DNA of 64,000 bases from an uncultured Hyphomonas sp. (lineage in GTDB: Bacteria > Pseudomonadota > Alphaproteobacteria > Caulobacterales > Hyphomonadaceae): assembly GCF_963678875.2 (NCBI RefSeq), contig NZ_CAXXRR010000002.1, positions 702,227-766,226 on the forward strand, in the 5' to 3' direction. The translations under genes were made by a program, and so were the position numbers. Each line of letters starts with the position of its first letter. Position 1 is the stretch's first letter. Shown here one piece after another: positions 29,337 through 38,745 of this stretch. Under the pieces are notes generated by a model. It was not told the DNA's origin, made no database searches, and saw only the letters and a list, made by a program, of their open reading frames with translations.

Positions 29337-30452
29337 TTAGGCGGCGTTTTTCTGCTCGAGCGCACGCACGAGCTTTTCTTTCCAGACTTTCGGTCCGCCA
29401 GCCTGCACGGCCAGCAGCTTGGCGCGGCGGTAGTAGAGGTGGCAGTCCACCTCCCAGGTGAAGCCCATGCCGCCATGGGTCTGGATGTTCTCTTTCGAAG
29501 CATACCAGAAGGCTTCCGACGCGGCCACGCGGGCGGCGGCGGCGGCTTCCGGCATTTCCGGCGCGTCGGTCGACAGGGCCCAGGCGCCGTAGAAGCAGTT
29601 CGAGCGAGCCACTTCGTTCTTGACATACATCTCGGCCAGCTTGTGCTTGATGGCCTGGTTGCCGGCGATCGGACGGCCGAAAGCGTAGCGCTCCAGCGAG
29701 TATTCCTTCGCCATTTCCAGCGCGCGGGACGCCCCGCCCAGCTGTTCGAAGGCGAGCAGGATCGCCACCTTGTCCATCAGCTGGTCGTTGAGGCTTGCGC
29801 CGTCTCCAGCCTTGCCGAGGCGAACGCCCGGCGTCTTGTCGAAGGTAAGCTCGGCATGGCCGCGGGTCGGGTCCAGCGTCGACAGCTGTTTGCGCGTCAC
29901 GCCTGCGCCGGAGAGGTCAACCAGGACGAGGCTCGCGCCGGAGCCTTCCTTGGCCAGCACAACGGCGTGCGTGGCGATGCCGCCATCGGTGACCGGGATC
30001 TTGGTGCCGGAGACGGTGGAGCCATCAAACATGGTTTTGAGGCTGGCCGGATCCGGGTGGCCCGGGCCTTCGCTCGCGGCGTAGCAGCCGATGATTTCGC
30101 CGGCGACGATGCGTGGCAGGATGTCGTTCTTCACTTCATCCGAGCCGGCCAGTTTCACGGCTTCGGTCAGGAAGTAGGCTGTGGACGAGAAGGGGACCGG
30201 CGCCAGGACGCGGCCCATTTCTTCGGCCAGCACGCACATTTCCAGCATGCCGAGGCCGAGGCCGCCTTGCTCTTCCGGAACGGCCGTTCCCAGCCAGCCC
30301 ATTTCCGCGATCTTCTTCCAGAGGCCTTCTGAATAGTCCTTGGAATCGTCGTTCAGTACCTCGCGCACCACCGGAATGGCGCTCTCGGCTTCGAGGAATT
30401 TCCGCGCCTCGCCGGCGAGGAATTTCTGGTCTTCCGAAAAGTCGAAGTTCAT
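29337..30452 (-). CDS. Acyl-CoA dehydrogenase (PimD-like small subunit)
   Basis: MNFDFSEDQ, EYSLERYAFGRPI, QAIKHKLA and IQTHGGMGFTWE; lacks the YEGT-type C-terminal motif. Confidence 0.88.
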   Translation of the reverse strand: MNFDFSEDQKFLAGEARKFLEAESAIPVVREVLNDDSKDYSEGLWKKIAEMGWLGTAVPEEQGGLGLGMLEMCVLAEEMGRVLAPVPFSSTAYFLTEAVKLAGSDEVKNDILPRIVAGEIIGCYAASEGPGHPDPASLKTMFDGSTVSGTKIPVTDGGIATHAVVLAKEGSGASLVLVDLSGAGVTRKQLSTLDPTRGHAELTFDKTPGVRLGKAGDGASLNDQLMDKVAILLAFEQLGGASRALEMAKEYSLERYAFGRPIAGNQAIKHKLAEMYVKNEVARSNCFYGAWALSTDAPEMPEAAAAARVAASEAFWYASKENIQTHGGMGFTWEVDCHLYYRRAKLLAVQAGGPKVWKEKLVRALEQKNAA

Positions 30453-30645
30453 GAGTTGCTGGCCTCCCTTCGCCGTGTATACGGGCGTCATTGCGTTCTC
30501 GGATTGGAAAATAGCGCGCTTTACGTGCACGGAAAGCCGTGACCCGGCGGAAAGGTGCCGCAAGGTTTTCCGTAAAATTTGCGATACCGGCTTCATGGCA
30601 CGGAAATCACGATGTGACAGGGTATCCGGCCACAGGAGAGACTGC

Positions 30646-31221
30646 ATGGCCAAAGCCCATTTTCACAAGATGCAGCGGGTCTATGTGAAGCCCGTCGGCA
30701 CCTGGGCGCTTGTCGAACAGGTGATCCCGCATTGGGTGAAGGACGTCGCCGAGCCTTTGAAGGTCACTTACGAGTGTGGGCTGGGGCGCCAGTTTCAGGC
30801 CAATGAGCTTATCTCCGAACAGGCCATGCATGCCGACGAGCCAGCAGATCATGACGATGACGTGATGCTGGAACACTGGCGCATTGGCCGCCGCTCGACC
30901 AAATGGCGCACCGCAATGGGGCACCATTCGAGCGACAATCCGGGCACGTTCCCGGTGATCCTGACAGACGAAGCCGACGTCGGCGGCTGGCGGGTCAATC
31001 CGGCCGATTTCGACCGGGACCCGCAGCGTGTCGAACACCAGTCCCGCATGATCGTGCAGACGCCGGAATTGCTGCGTATCGCAAGACGCGTCGCGGAAAT
31101 CGCTGCCGAAAACCCGGAAAACCTGCCGGCAGACCTGCTGCCTGTCGCCAAACAGTGCGCAACGATCCTGCGCTATGTCTACCAGCTGAACGACGCGCCA
31201 GACACCGTCGCCGCGGAATAG
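30646..31221 (+). CDS. Conserved hypothetical protein
   Basis: RBS-like GGAGAG before the ATG; coding-like composition (FHKMQRVYVKPVGTWALVEQVIPHW...). Confidence 0.65.
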   Translation: MAKAHFHKMQRVYVKPVGTWALVEQVIPHWVKDVAEPLKVTYECGLGRQFQANELISEQAMHADEPADHDDDVMLEHWRIGRRSTKWRTAMGHHSSDNPGTFPVILTDEADVGGWRVNPADFDRDPQRVEHQSRMIVQTPELLRIARRVAEIAAENPENLPADLLPVAKQCATILRYVYQLNDAPDTVAAE

Positions 31222-31224
31222 GCC

Positions 31225-31581
31225 TCAGCGCCGCAGGACGAGCGCAACCGCCGTGCCGAGCCCTGCGCCAAGAATATTGGCCACTTCATCCAGTATCGAG
31301 AAGTCCCGGCCTGTCGGGGCAAGCGCCTGCGCGACCTCCATCAGGGCGCCATATCCGATTGTCATGAGGAACGCCCTCAGAGCGCGGCCGGGCCCTGCGG
31401 CGATGGCCATCGCGCCGCCGAGGCTGCCATAGGCGATGAAATGCTTCAGCTTGTCCGGACCTTCCACTGGCGGCAGGTCGTTCGAAGGCAGTAGGGACAG
31501 GACCCCAATCGCGATCATCAGGCAGATCGCGGCGATGCCCGCAAATCGGCGCATGGTGGGTGACCGGAAAAGCTGGGCCAT
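31225..31581 (-). CDS. VanZ family membrane protein
   Basis: SLLP...DKLKHFIAYG...YGALMEVAQ...GRDFSILDEVANILG. This is the 3' end of the tracked 949-aa shadow ORF. Confidence 0.85.
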   Translation of the reverse strand: MAQLFRSPTMRRFAGIAAICLMIAIGVLSLLPSNDLPPVEGPDKLKHFIAYGSLGGAMAIAAGPGRALRAFLMTIGYGALMEVAQALAPTGRDFSILDEVANILGAGLGTAVALVLRR

Positions 31582-31710
31582 GTGATCGGGTTCCCTGTCT
31601 TGCGGAGCGCCAATGCGAGACTCGTGCCCGCTGGCAGCGTTCCGGCCCTCGACGTGCCTCTCCCCATTTCCTATGTCCATAAGAGCGATTGCCAAGACCC
31701 CGGAGCCATC

Positions 31711-34290
31711 ATGCGAACCGAAACCCCCGTTTCCGTGCAACTTTCCGACTACAAACCCTATCCGTTCGAGGTCGAGCAGGTAGACCTGCGCTTCGATCTC
31801 GATCCGGATGGGACGAAAGTCCGCTCCGAACTGAAGATCCGCCGGACGGGCGGCGCCGGGGAAGCGCTGGTGCTGGACGGGGAGGGGCTGACGCTCCTTT
31901 CGATCGCCATCGACGGCAAACCGCTGGACGCCAGTGCCTATGCGCAGACCGAGCAAGGCCTGACCATCGCCTCCGTGCCGGATGCGTTCACGCTGGTCAC
32001 GGAAGTCGAGATCGCCCCGTCGAAGAACACGGCGCTGTCCGGGCTCTATATGTCCGGCGGGCGTTTCTGCACGCAGTGCGAAGCGACGGGCTTCCGCCGC
32101 ATCACTTTCTATCCGGACCGTCCGGATGTGATGAGCGCTTTCCATGTCTGGATGGCGGCCGACAAGGCGGCCTATCCGATCCTCCTGTCGAACGGCACGC
32201 CGGGCGAAACCGGGGAGCTGGATGACGGACGCCACTTCGCCGTCTGGGACGATCCGCACAAGAAGCCGGCTTATCTCTTCGCGCTCTGCGCCGGGGATTA
32301 TGATGTCTACAGCGACAGCTTCACCACGATGAATGGCGACGAGATCGCGCTGGCCATCCATGTCGACAAGGGCGATGCCGAACGGGCTGCCTGGGCGATG
32401 GACAGCCTCAAGCGCTCCATGACCTGGGATGAGCAGACCTATGGCCGGGCCTATGACCTTGGCGTTTTCAACATCGTGGCCGTCCGCGACTTCAATTTCG
32501 GCGCCATGGAAAACAAGGGCCTCAACGTCTTCAACTCCGCCTATGTGCTGGCCGATGAGTCGACCGCCACCGATGCAGACTTCGAAGCCATCGAGAGCAT
32601 CGTCGCCCACGAATACTTCCACAACTGGACCGGCAACCGGATTACCTGCCGTGACTGGTTCCAGCTTTGCCTGAAGGAAGGCCTGACGGTCTTCCGTGAC
32701 CAGAACTTCTCCGCCGACATGCGCTCGCGCCCGGTGCAGCGCATCAAGGATGTCATCCGCCTGCGCGCGCGCCAGTTCGCCGAGGATGCCGGCCCGCTGG
32801 CCCATTCCGTGCGGCCGGACCATTACGGCTCCATCGACAATCTCTACACCGCGACCGTCTATGAGAAGGGCGCAGAACTGATCGGCATGCTGCGCCGGAT
32901 GATCGGCGAGGAGCTCTACCGCAAAGGCATGGACCTTTATTTCGAGCGTCATGACGGACAGGCGGTGACGATCGAGGACTTCTACAAATGCTTCGAGGAT
33001 GTCACCGGCGAGGACTTCACCCAGTTCCGCCTCTGGTATGCTCAGGCCGGGACACCGGAAGTGACGGTCGAGGAGACGTGGAAGCCGGAAACGCGCGAAC
33101 TCGAAATCACGCTGAAGCAGAAGACGCCGCCGACGCCCGGCCAGCCTGAGAAAAAGCCAGTGCCGATCCCGCTGGAAATGGCGCTGCTGGATGAAGAGGG
33201 CAATCTCGCTGAATGGACCACCATTCTGGAAGATGAGGACCTGACCCTGACGCTGGAAATGCCGGAGACGGTGACCGAGCCGCCGCTCGTGTCCGTGAAC
33301 CGCGATTTCACCGCGCCGGTGCGCCTGAACCGCAAGCTGTCCCGCGACCAGCGACTCGCCATGGTCCGTATGGAGACAGACCCGTTCAATCAGTGGGACG
33401 CTGTCCAGACGCTGGTGAAGGAAGAAATGCTCGCCCTGTCCGAAGGCAGCCAGGCAGAGCCGGACGATGCCCTGGTCACGGCGCTTGCCGGTGCGGTTGA
33501 GCAGGCCGTGGACGACCCGGCTTTCGCCGCGCTGCTGACGCGCCTGCCGGAAGTGGGCGAGATGTTCCTGGAGCGCCAGCCGGCCGATGCCGTCGCGCTG
33601 AACGCCGCCCGCAAGAAGCTCCAGTCCGCACTTGCGGCAAAGCTCTCCGGCTTCAGTACCGAAACGCTCGGCAAGCCGACGCCCGCGCCGTACGATCCCG
33701 GTGCAGAGCAGGCAGGTATCCGCGCGCTGCGTACGGCGATGATCGTTCTGCTGGGTGTCTCTCCGGAGGCAGGCGCCGCCGATACGCTGCGGGGGCTTTA
33801 TGACAACGCCACCAATATGACCGAACGGCTCGCAGCGCTCCGCGCCTTCACGGTGCAGAAGGGCGGCAAGCCGAACGAGGCGCTCGCCGATTTCGAGGAG
33901 ACCTGGAAAGACAATCCGCTGGTCATGGACAAATGGTTCGCACTGCAGGCGACGACCGGCGATGCGGAAACGGTGAAAACGCTGGCGGCCCATCCGGCCT
34001 TTGACCTGCGCAATCCGAACCGGGTCCGCTCCGTCGTTGCGGCCTTCACGATGCAGAACCTCGCGGCTTTCCACGCGCCGGACGGGTCCGGCTACAAGGC
34101 CGTGGAGGAAATTATCCTCAAGGCCGACAAGGCGAACCCGGCACTGGGCGCCCGCCTGCTGACGGCGTTCGAGCAGTGGCGTATCCTTGAACCGCAGGCG
34201 AAAGCGGCGGCTGAGGCCACGCTGAAGCGCCTTCAGGCGGCCGGGCTTTCCTCCAACGCGGCGGACATCGTGGCCCGCGCGCTCGGCTAA
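31711..34290 (+). CDS. pepN: Aminopeptidase N (M1)
   Basis: GAMEN, HEYFH...E, NLYTATVYEKG, NPLVMDKWF and NPNRVRS. Confidence 0.97.
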   Translation: MRTETPVSVQLSDYKPYPFEVEQVDLRFDLDPDGTKVRSELKIRRTGGAGEALVLDGEGLTLLSIAIDGKPLDASAYAQTEQGLTIASVPDAFTLVTEVEIAPSKNTALSGLYMSGGRFCTQCEATGFRRITFYPDRPDVMSAFHVWMAADKAAYPILLSNGTPGETGELDDGRHFAVWDDPHKKPAYLFALCAGDYDVYSDSFTTMNGDEIALAIHVDKGDAERAAWAMDSLKRSMTWDEQTYGRAYDLGVFNIVAVRDFNFGAMENKGLNVFNSAYVLADESTATDADFEAIESIVAHEYFHNWTGNRITCRDWFQLCLKEGLTVFRDQNFSADMRSRPVQRIKDVIRLRARQFAEDAGPLAHSVRPDHYGSIDNLYTATVYEKGAELIGMLRRMIGEELYRKGMDLYFERHDGQAVTIEDFYKCFEDVTGEDFTQFRLWYAQAGTPEVTVEETWKPETRELEITLKQKTPPTPGQPEKKPVPIPLEMALLDEEGNLAEWTTILEDEDLTLTLEMPETVTEPPLVSVNRDFTAPVRLNRKLSRDQRLAMVRMETDPFNQWDAVQTLVKEEMLALSEGSQAEPDDALVTALAGAVEQAVDDPAFAALLTRLPEVGEMFLERQPADAVALNAARKKLQSALAAKLSGFSTETLGKPTPAPYDPGAEQAGIRALRTAMIVLLGVSPEAGAADTLRGLYDNATNMTERLAALRAFTVQKGGKPNEALADFEETWKDNPLVMDKWFALQATTGDAETVKTLAAHPAFDLRNPNRVRSVVAAFTMQNLAAFHAPDGSGYKAVEEIILKADKANPALGARLLTAFEQWRILEPQAKAAAEATLKRLQAAGLSSNAADIVARALG

Positions 34291-34298
34291 AGCAGCCC

Positions 34299-34341
34299 GT
34301 TAACGAATCTTTGAGATTTGTTAACGCTCGGGCAATGATTC
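34299..34341. promoter_or_regulatory. Inverted repeat with two GTTAAC half-sites and GANTC sites upstream of pleC
   Basis: GTTAACGAATCT-ttg-AGATTTGTTAAC (11/12 inverted match); GAATC at 34305 and GATTC at 34337. Confidence 0.5.
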
Positions 34342-34398
34342 CGGCGGACAAGGTAATTTGTGCGAATGTTGCCCGCTTTGCGGGCGTGGGATCATCCA

Positions 34399-36706
34399 TT
34401 GGAAGACGCGGATAGAAAATCCCAATCAAATCAAGCCGCAGACCCTGTGTCTGAGGTTGTTTCCGCGCGCCTGAAATGGACGGTCGCGGGCACGATTGTC
34501 CTGCTTGCAGCGGCGATGGGCCTGAAGGCATGGGACGAGCACCAGCGCGCCGATGCGAACCTGCTGCTGACACTGCAGGCAGAGGCTGAAGCGCTTGCCG
34601 GGCGCGTCGCCGGGCGTGGATGCCGTCGTGTCCTTGTCGGATGCGAAGCTGGCGCCGGATGGCAGCCGGCTCGATGCGGCAGCAATGGTGGCAGACCGGC
34701 TGATCGAGCAAGGCCAGCGGGCTGGCCTGTCCGAACTTGGCGATGTGGTGCTGGTCACCGGCAGCGGCAGGAGTGCCGTGATCGCGCTTGCCCCGGCGGG
34801 CACATGGCTGCCGGCAACGCTGAACAACCGCGAAATTTCTCTCGTTTCCGGCGGCCTTCAGGTCGTGGCGGGCGATCCCGCGCCGCATCCGGCGAACGGC
34901 CTGCGCCCGGTCCGGCAATCGGGCTTCGAAAAGGGCGAAGGGCTGCAGCGCACCGCGCTCGCCTGCAGTGACCTCGCCGGCGGCGGCCTTGCCGTCTGCA
35001 GCACCACCCGCGCCGACGTGTTTACACGGGATGACCTGGTCAGCCTGCTGATCTTCGCGCTCCTGCTGGCGGCGCCTGTGCTGGCGATTACAGGCCTGCT
35101 TGGCCGCCTGTCGAAAAAGCAGGCCGACACATTCGTCGAGGCCGCGCGGGACGAACAGGCCGACCGGATCATGGCGACCGTCATGCGCAGCGCCCGGGCT
35201 GGCTATTGGGAATGGACACCGGACCAGACCTCGATTTTCCTGTCGGACGCGTCCAGCGAACTGCTCGGGCTGGAAGGCATGCGCACCGTATCGCTCAGCA
35301 ACCTGCTGAAGCAGGTGCATCCGGAACACCAGACCCGTGTGCGCGAGGCAATTGAGAAGTCACGCAATATCGGCTGGCTGCAGGTCTCCTTCGTGGCCGC
35401 CCAGCCGCCGCTGCGCTGGATCGAGATGCGCGGCTCCGGCACGGACACCGAAGAGGGATTGCTGTTCGGCGGCATCATGCTGGACATCACGGACCGCAAG
35501 CAGGCCGAAGACCGCGTGAAGGCGGCCGAACGGCGCCTGCGTAGCGCGCTGGAAGGCTTTAACGGCCCATTCGCCCTGTGGGACCATCGCAAACGCCTGC
35601 TTTACTGGAACCGTGCGTTCGCCACCGATTTCGGCCTGACCGACACGCTGCGGCCGGGCATGACGCATGAAACGGTCAGCATCGCCAGGGCCGGGGCCAT
35701 ACGCGCCGAACGTCCGTCTGAGGATGATACCCAGGCGCATCTTGTCGGCCTGCAGGGCGGGCGCTGGCTGAAACTGGTCGAGCGGCCATCGCCGGATGGC
35801 GGCCTGATCACGATCGGCATCGATGTCACCGAGAATATCGGCAAGGAAGAAGAGCTGCGCCGCCAGAAAGAGCGGATGCGCAAGACCATGCTGGACCTCG
35901 AACGCTCCGAGGGCCGGGCGGGAGAGCTTGCACGCAAGCTGACGGAAGAGAAGTCCCGTGCGGAAAACGCGGCCAATTCCAAATCCGCCTTCCTTGCGAA
36001 TATGAGCCACGAGCTGCGTACGCCGCTGAACGCCATCAATGGCTTCTCGGAAATCCTCGCCAGCGAACTTTACGGGTCGCTGGGGGATGCCCGCTACAAG
36101 GGCTATGCGCAGGACATCCTGGCCTCCGGCCAGCACTTGCTGGACATGATCAACGACATTCTCGACATGGCGAAGATCGAAGCCGGGAAGATGACCATCA
36201 ATCCGCAGCCGATCGACCCGGTCGACCCAGTCGATGCGGCCGTACGGATGATCCGGCGCAAGGCTTCCGACAAGGACATCGAGGTCATCCTGGACGTCCA
36301 GCCGGGCCTGCCGGAAATCGACGCAGACCATCGCGCCATCCGCCAGATGGTGCTGAACCTTGTGTCGAACGCGATCAAGTTCACCAATGCCGGCGGTAAA
36401 ATCACCGTGGCGATCCAGCAGTATGGCCCGGATATCAAAGTGTCTGTCACCGACACCGGGATTGGTATTCCGGCGGCGGACCTGCCGCGCCTGTCGCAGC
36501 CGTTCGAACAGGCTGCCGGGGCGCATGACCGCAATTATGAAGGCACAGGGCTCGGCCTCGCGCTGACCAAGTCCTTCGCCGAAATGCATGGCGGCACGCT
36601 CAGCATCTCGTCTATCGAGGGGGAGGGCACGACCGTGGCGTTTACCCTGCCGATTGCCGGCCCCGGCGAAATGGAAGACGAAGCCGCCGACCGCGACGCG
36701 GCCTGA
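34399..36706 (+). pseudogene. pleC: PleC-like sensor histidine kinase interrupted by a frameshift near 34597-34616
   Basis: N-terminal TM1 lies in frame 1 (WTVAGTIVLLAAAMGL). TM2, two PAS domains, H-box FLANMSHELRTPLNAINGFSE, NLVSNAIKF, DTGIG and GTGLGL lie in frame 2 (34595..36706). Confidence 0.7.
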
Positions 36707-36719
36707 TCAGGCATTCTGG

Positions 36720-37325
36720 CTAGACAGGTGGGCGCTCGTTCCAGGACAGGATGCGCGTGCCCGTATTGCACTCGACTTCACCCCAGGCGCCTGTCTTGAG
36801 CTTCGGCTGCAGGCCGACCGGAACAGCATCCACGACATCGGGCAGGAAACGGGCGATGCCATTGCTGGTGACGACGAGAATTCGCTGATCCGCTGGCAGG
36901 CGGGATGCGTCTGCGAGCAGCGATTTCCAGCCTGCGTGAATGGCGGCCTTGTCGACCGTCCAGCCATCCGGCACGCGGCTGTCTTCTTCCCATGCCCGCA
37001 GCGCGTCTTGCCCGATACGGGCGACCACCTTCTCTTCGGCGACATTCTCATCCGGGCCGTAATCGATTTCGGTCAGGAAGGGCAGGACGGTGAGATCGGG
37101 GCCATCTGCGCGGGCGCCAAGGATGGCGGCTGCGGTTTCCCGCGTCCGCTGAAGCGGCGAGCAATAGGCGGCCCGGAAAGCCGTACCGGAAAAATGGCGG
37201 GAGAGGGCTTCGGCCTGTGCCTGGCCGGATGTGGAGAGTGGCAGGTCGGTACGGCCGCCCACGCGGGTGACGACATCGCCCTTGTCGAACGTATTGCCAT
37301 GGCGGCAGACAATGATCCGTCCCAT
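36720..37325 (-). CDS. Histidine phosphatase (phosphoglycerate mutase-like) family protein
   Basis: CRHGNT, SPLQRT and EIDYG motifs. Confidence 0.85.
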   Translation of the reverse strand: MGRIIVCRHGNTFDKGDVVTRVGGRTDLPLSTSGQAQAEALSRHFSGTAFRAAYCSPLQRTRETAAAILGARADGPDLTVLPFLTEIDYGPDENVAEEKVVARIGQDALRAWEEDSRVPDGWTVDKAAIHAGWKSLLADASRLPADQRILVVTSNGIARFLPDVVDAVPVGLQPKLKTGAWGEVECNTGTRILSWNERPPV

Positions 37326-37330
37326 GAGGG

Positions 37331-38140
37331 TCAGGCCTCCAGCGGGTCGCCATGCTCGGCGACGAGGCGTTCGGCGAGGGCAACGTCTTCGGCCGTGTCG
37401 ATGCCGGGGATCGCGATCCGGTCCGGCTGGACCTCGACGCACTGGATGCTCATGCCGTTCTCAAGCAGGCGCAACTGTTCCAGCCCTTCAAGCTGTTCAT
37501 ATCGTCCTTCCGGCAGGCTGACATAGCGGCGCAGCGCCTCCAGCCGGTAGGCATAGAGGCCGATATGACGGCACACGGGCGACGGGTCGCCCTTTGTGCG
37601 CAACGCGGCTTCCTTGCGCATGGCAGGGATCAGGTTCTTCGAGAACCAGAGCGCGCGGCCAGCTTCGTCATGGACGAGCGTGGTGCCGGAGAACGGGGTT
37701 TCCTGCTTGTGCAGGCGGAAGGCATCGAGCGCATCCCAGCTGAGACGCACATAAGGCGTTGCGGCGTCCGCGCCGGATGTCCGCGCGGCCTCGGCGACGG
37801 CGATCACATGGGCGGGCGGCGTGAAAGGCGAGTCGCCCTGAAGATTGACCACGACATCCGGCGCGGCGCCCATCGCATCTGCCGCCGCAAGGGCGCGATC
37901 CGTGCCGGAGGGCAGGTCCGGATCGGTCATGACCACAGGGATACCAAGCTCGCGGCAGTGGGTTTCGATCCGCTCATCATCGGTCGCGACGACATGCTGC
38001 GCATCGCCCAGCGCGTCTGCCGCCTTTGCCGCCATCGCGGCGACGCGGGACACCATGGTGCGTCCGGCGATCATCACGAGCGGCTTGCCGGGCAGGCGGG
38101 TCGAGGCATAGCGGGCGGGAACAACAATCAGAGTACGCAT
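37331..38140 (-). CDS. kdsB: 3-deoxy-manno-octulosonate cytidylyltransferase
   Basis: PARYASTRLPGKPL, SGTDR, NLQGDSP, HIGLYAY and LEQLRLLE. Confidence 0.93.
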   Translation of the reverse strand: MRTLIVVPARYASTRLPGKPLVMIAGRTMVSRVAAMAAKAADALGDAQHVVATDDERIETHCRELGIPVVMTDPDLPSGTDRALAAADAMGAAPDVVVNLQGDSPFTPPAHVIAVAEAARTSGADAATPYVRLSWDALDAFRLHKQETPFSGTTLVHDEAGRALWFSKNLIPAMRKEAALRTKGDPSPVCRHIGLYAYRLEALRRYVSLPEGRYEQLEGLEQLRLLENGMSIQCVEVQPDRIAIPGIDTAEDVALAERLVAEHGDPLEA

Positions 38141-38145
38141 GGAGT

Positions 38146-38598
38146 TCAGCCCGGATGGTGCCCGTCGAGATCAAATGTGCCGTTGCGCATTTCGGTCATC
38201 ACGCCCACGAACGGAATGATCAGGCCGATTGCTTCGTCGCTGACGCCTTCCTCCTGCAGGAAGGACGTGAGCGCCGGCAGGAACTCCTCGTGGCGGCCAC
38301 ACTGTGCGACGGCCGCTTCAAGTTCCGGCAGGACGGTCCGGTTGAAGGAGTCGGCAAAGTTCTGGATCCGGTCGGACTTGCGGGCAAGGGCAATAGCCGC
38401 GAACGGGTCCACGTCTCCGTCTTCGCGGGCGAGCCTGCGGAAGTCGTTGAGAAGGCCGCGGTTCTGAAGCGCGAACTTGCGCAGGATCTTGTCGGTTTTG
38501 TAGTCGATCCATTCAGCAGAGCAGGGATCTGGTTCGACCGTCGCACACGCCGCAAGCGGCAGCAGGAACAGGGTCAGGGCGGTCAGGCGCGGTGTCAT
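38146..38598 (-). CDS. Hypothetical lipoprotein
   Basis: Signal peptide with lipobox LAAC. Confidence 0.65.
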   Translation of the reverse strand: MTPRLTALTLFLLPLAACATVEPDPCSAEWIDYKTDKILRKFALQNRGLLNDFRRLAREDGDVDPFAAIALARKSDRIQNFADSFNRTVLPELEAAVAQCGRHEEFLPALTSFLQEEGVSDEAIGLIIPFVGVMTEMRNGTFDLDGHHPG

Positions 38599-38683
38599 CC
38601 AGCAGCTCCGTCAGATGGGCCAGAAATCGCGCGCACCCTAGAGTGGCTTGGCAGGCCTGCAAAGCCTTCCCGCTCAGAACGAA

Positions 38684-38715
38684 CAAAGCCCCGGCAAGAC
38701 AGTGCCAGGGCTTTG
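38684..38715 (-). terminator. Intrinsic terminator after the M56 gene
   Basis: Minus strand CAAAGCCCTGGCA-ctgtct-TGCCGGGGCTTTG followed by TTCGTTC. Confidence 0.6.
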
Positions 38716-38745
38716 CCGGGGACCTGAAGGGGGACGCTTCAGGAT

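Noticed and set aside
28101-30332. 743-aa plus-strand ORF
   Set aside because: Antisense shadow of the two acyl-CoA dehydrogenases. High-GC codon bias suppresses stops on the opposite strand, and it has no recognisable motifs.
31582-34074. 949-aa minus-strand ORF
   Set aside because: Antisense shadow of pepN. Only its last ~118 codons (31225-31581) encode the real VanZ protein.
34590-34625. Programmed ribosomal frameshift in pleC
   Set aside because: No slippery heptamer or homopolymer run at the junction. The direct repeat points to an indel or assembly error instead.
35360-36589. 409-aa minus-strand ORF
   Set aside because: Antisense shadow of the pleC kinase domains.
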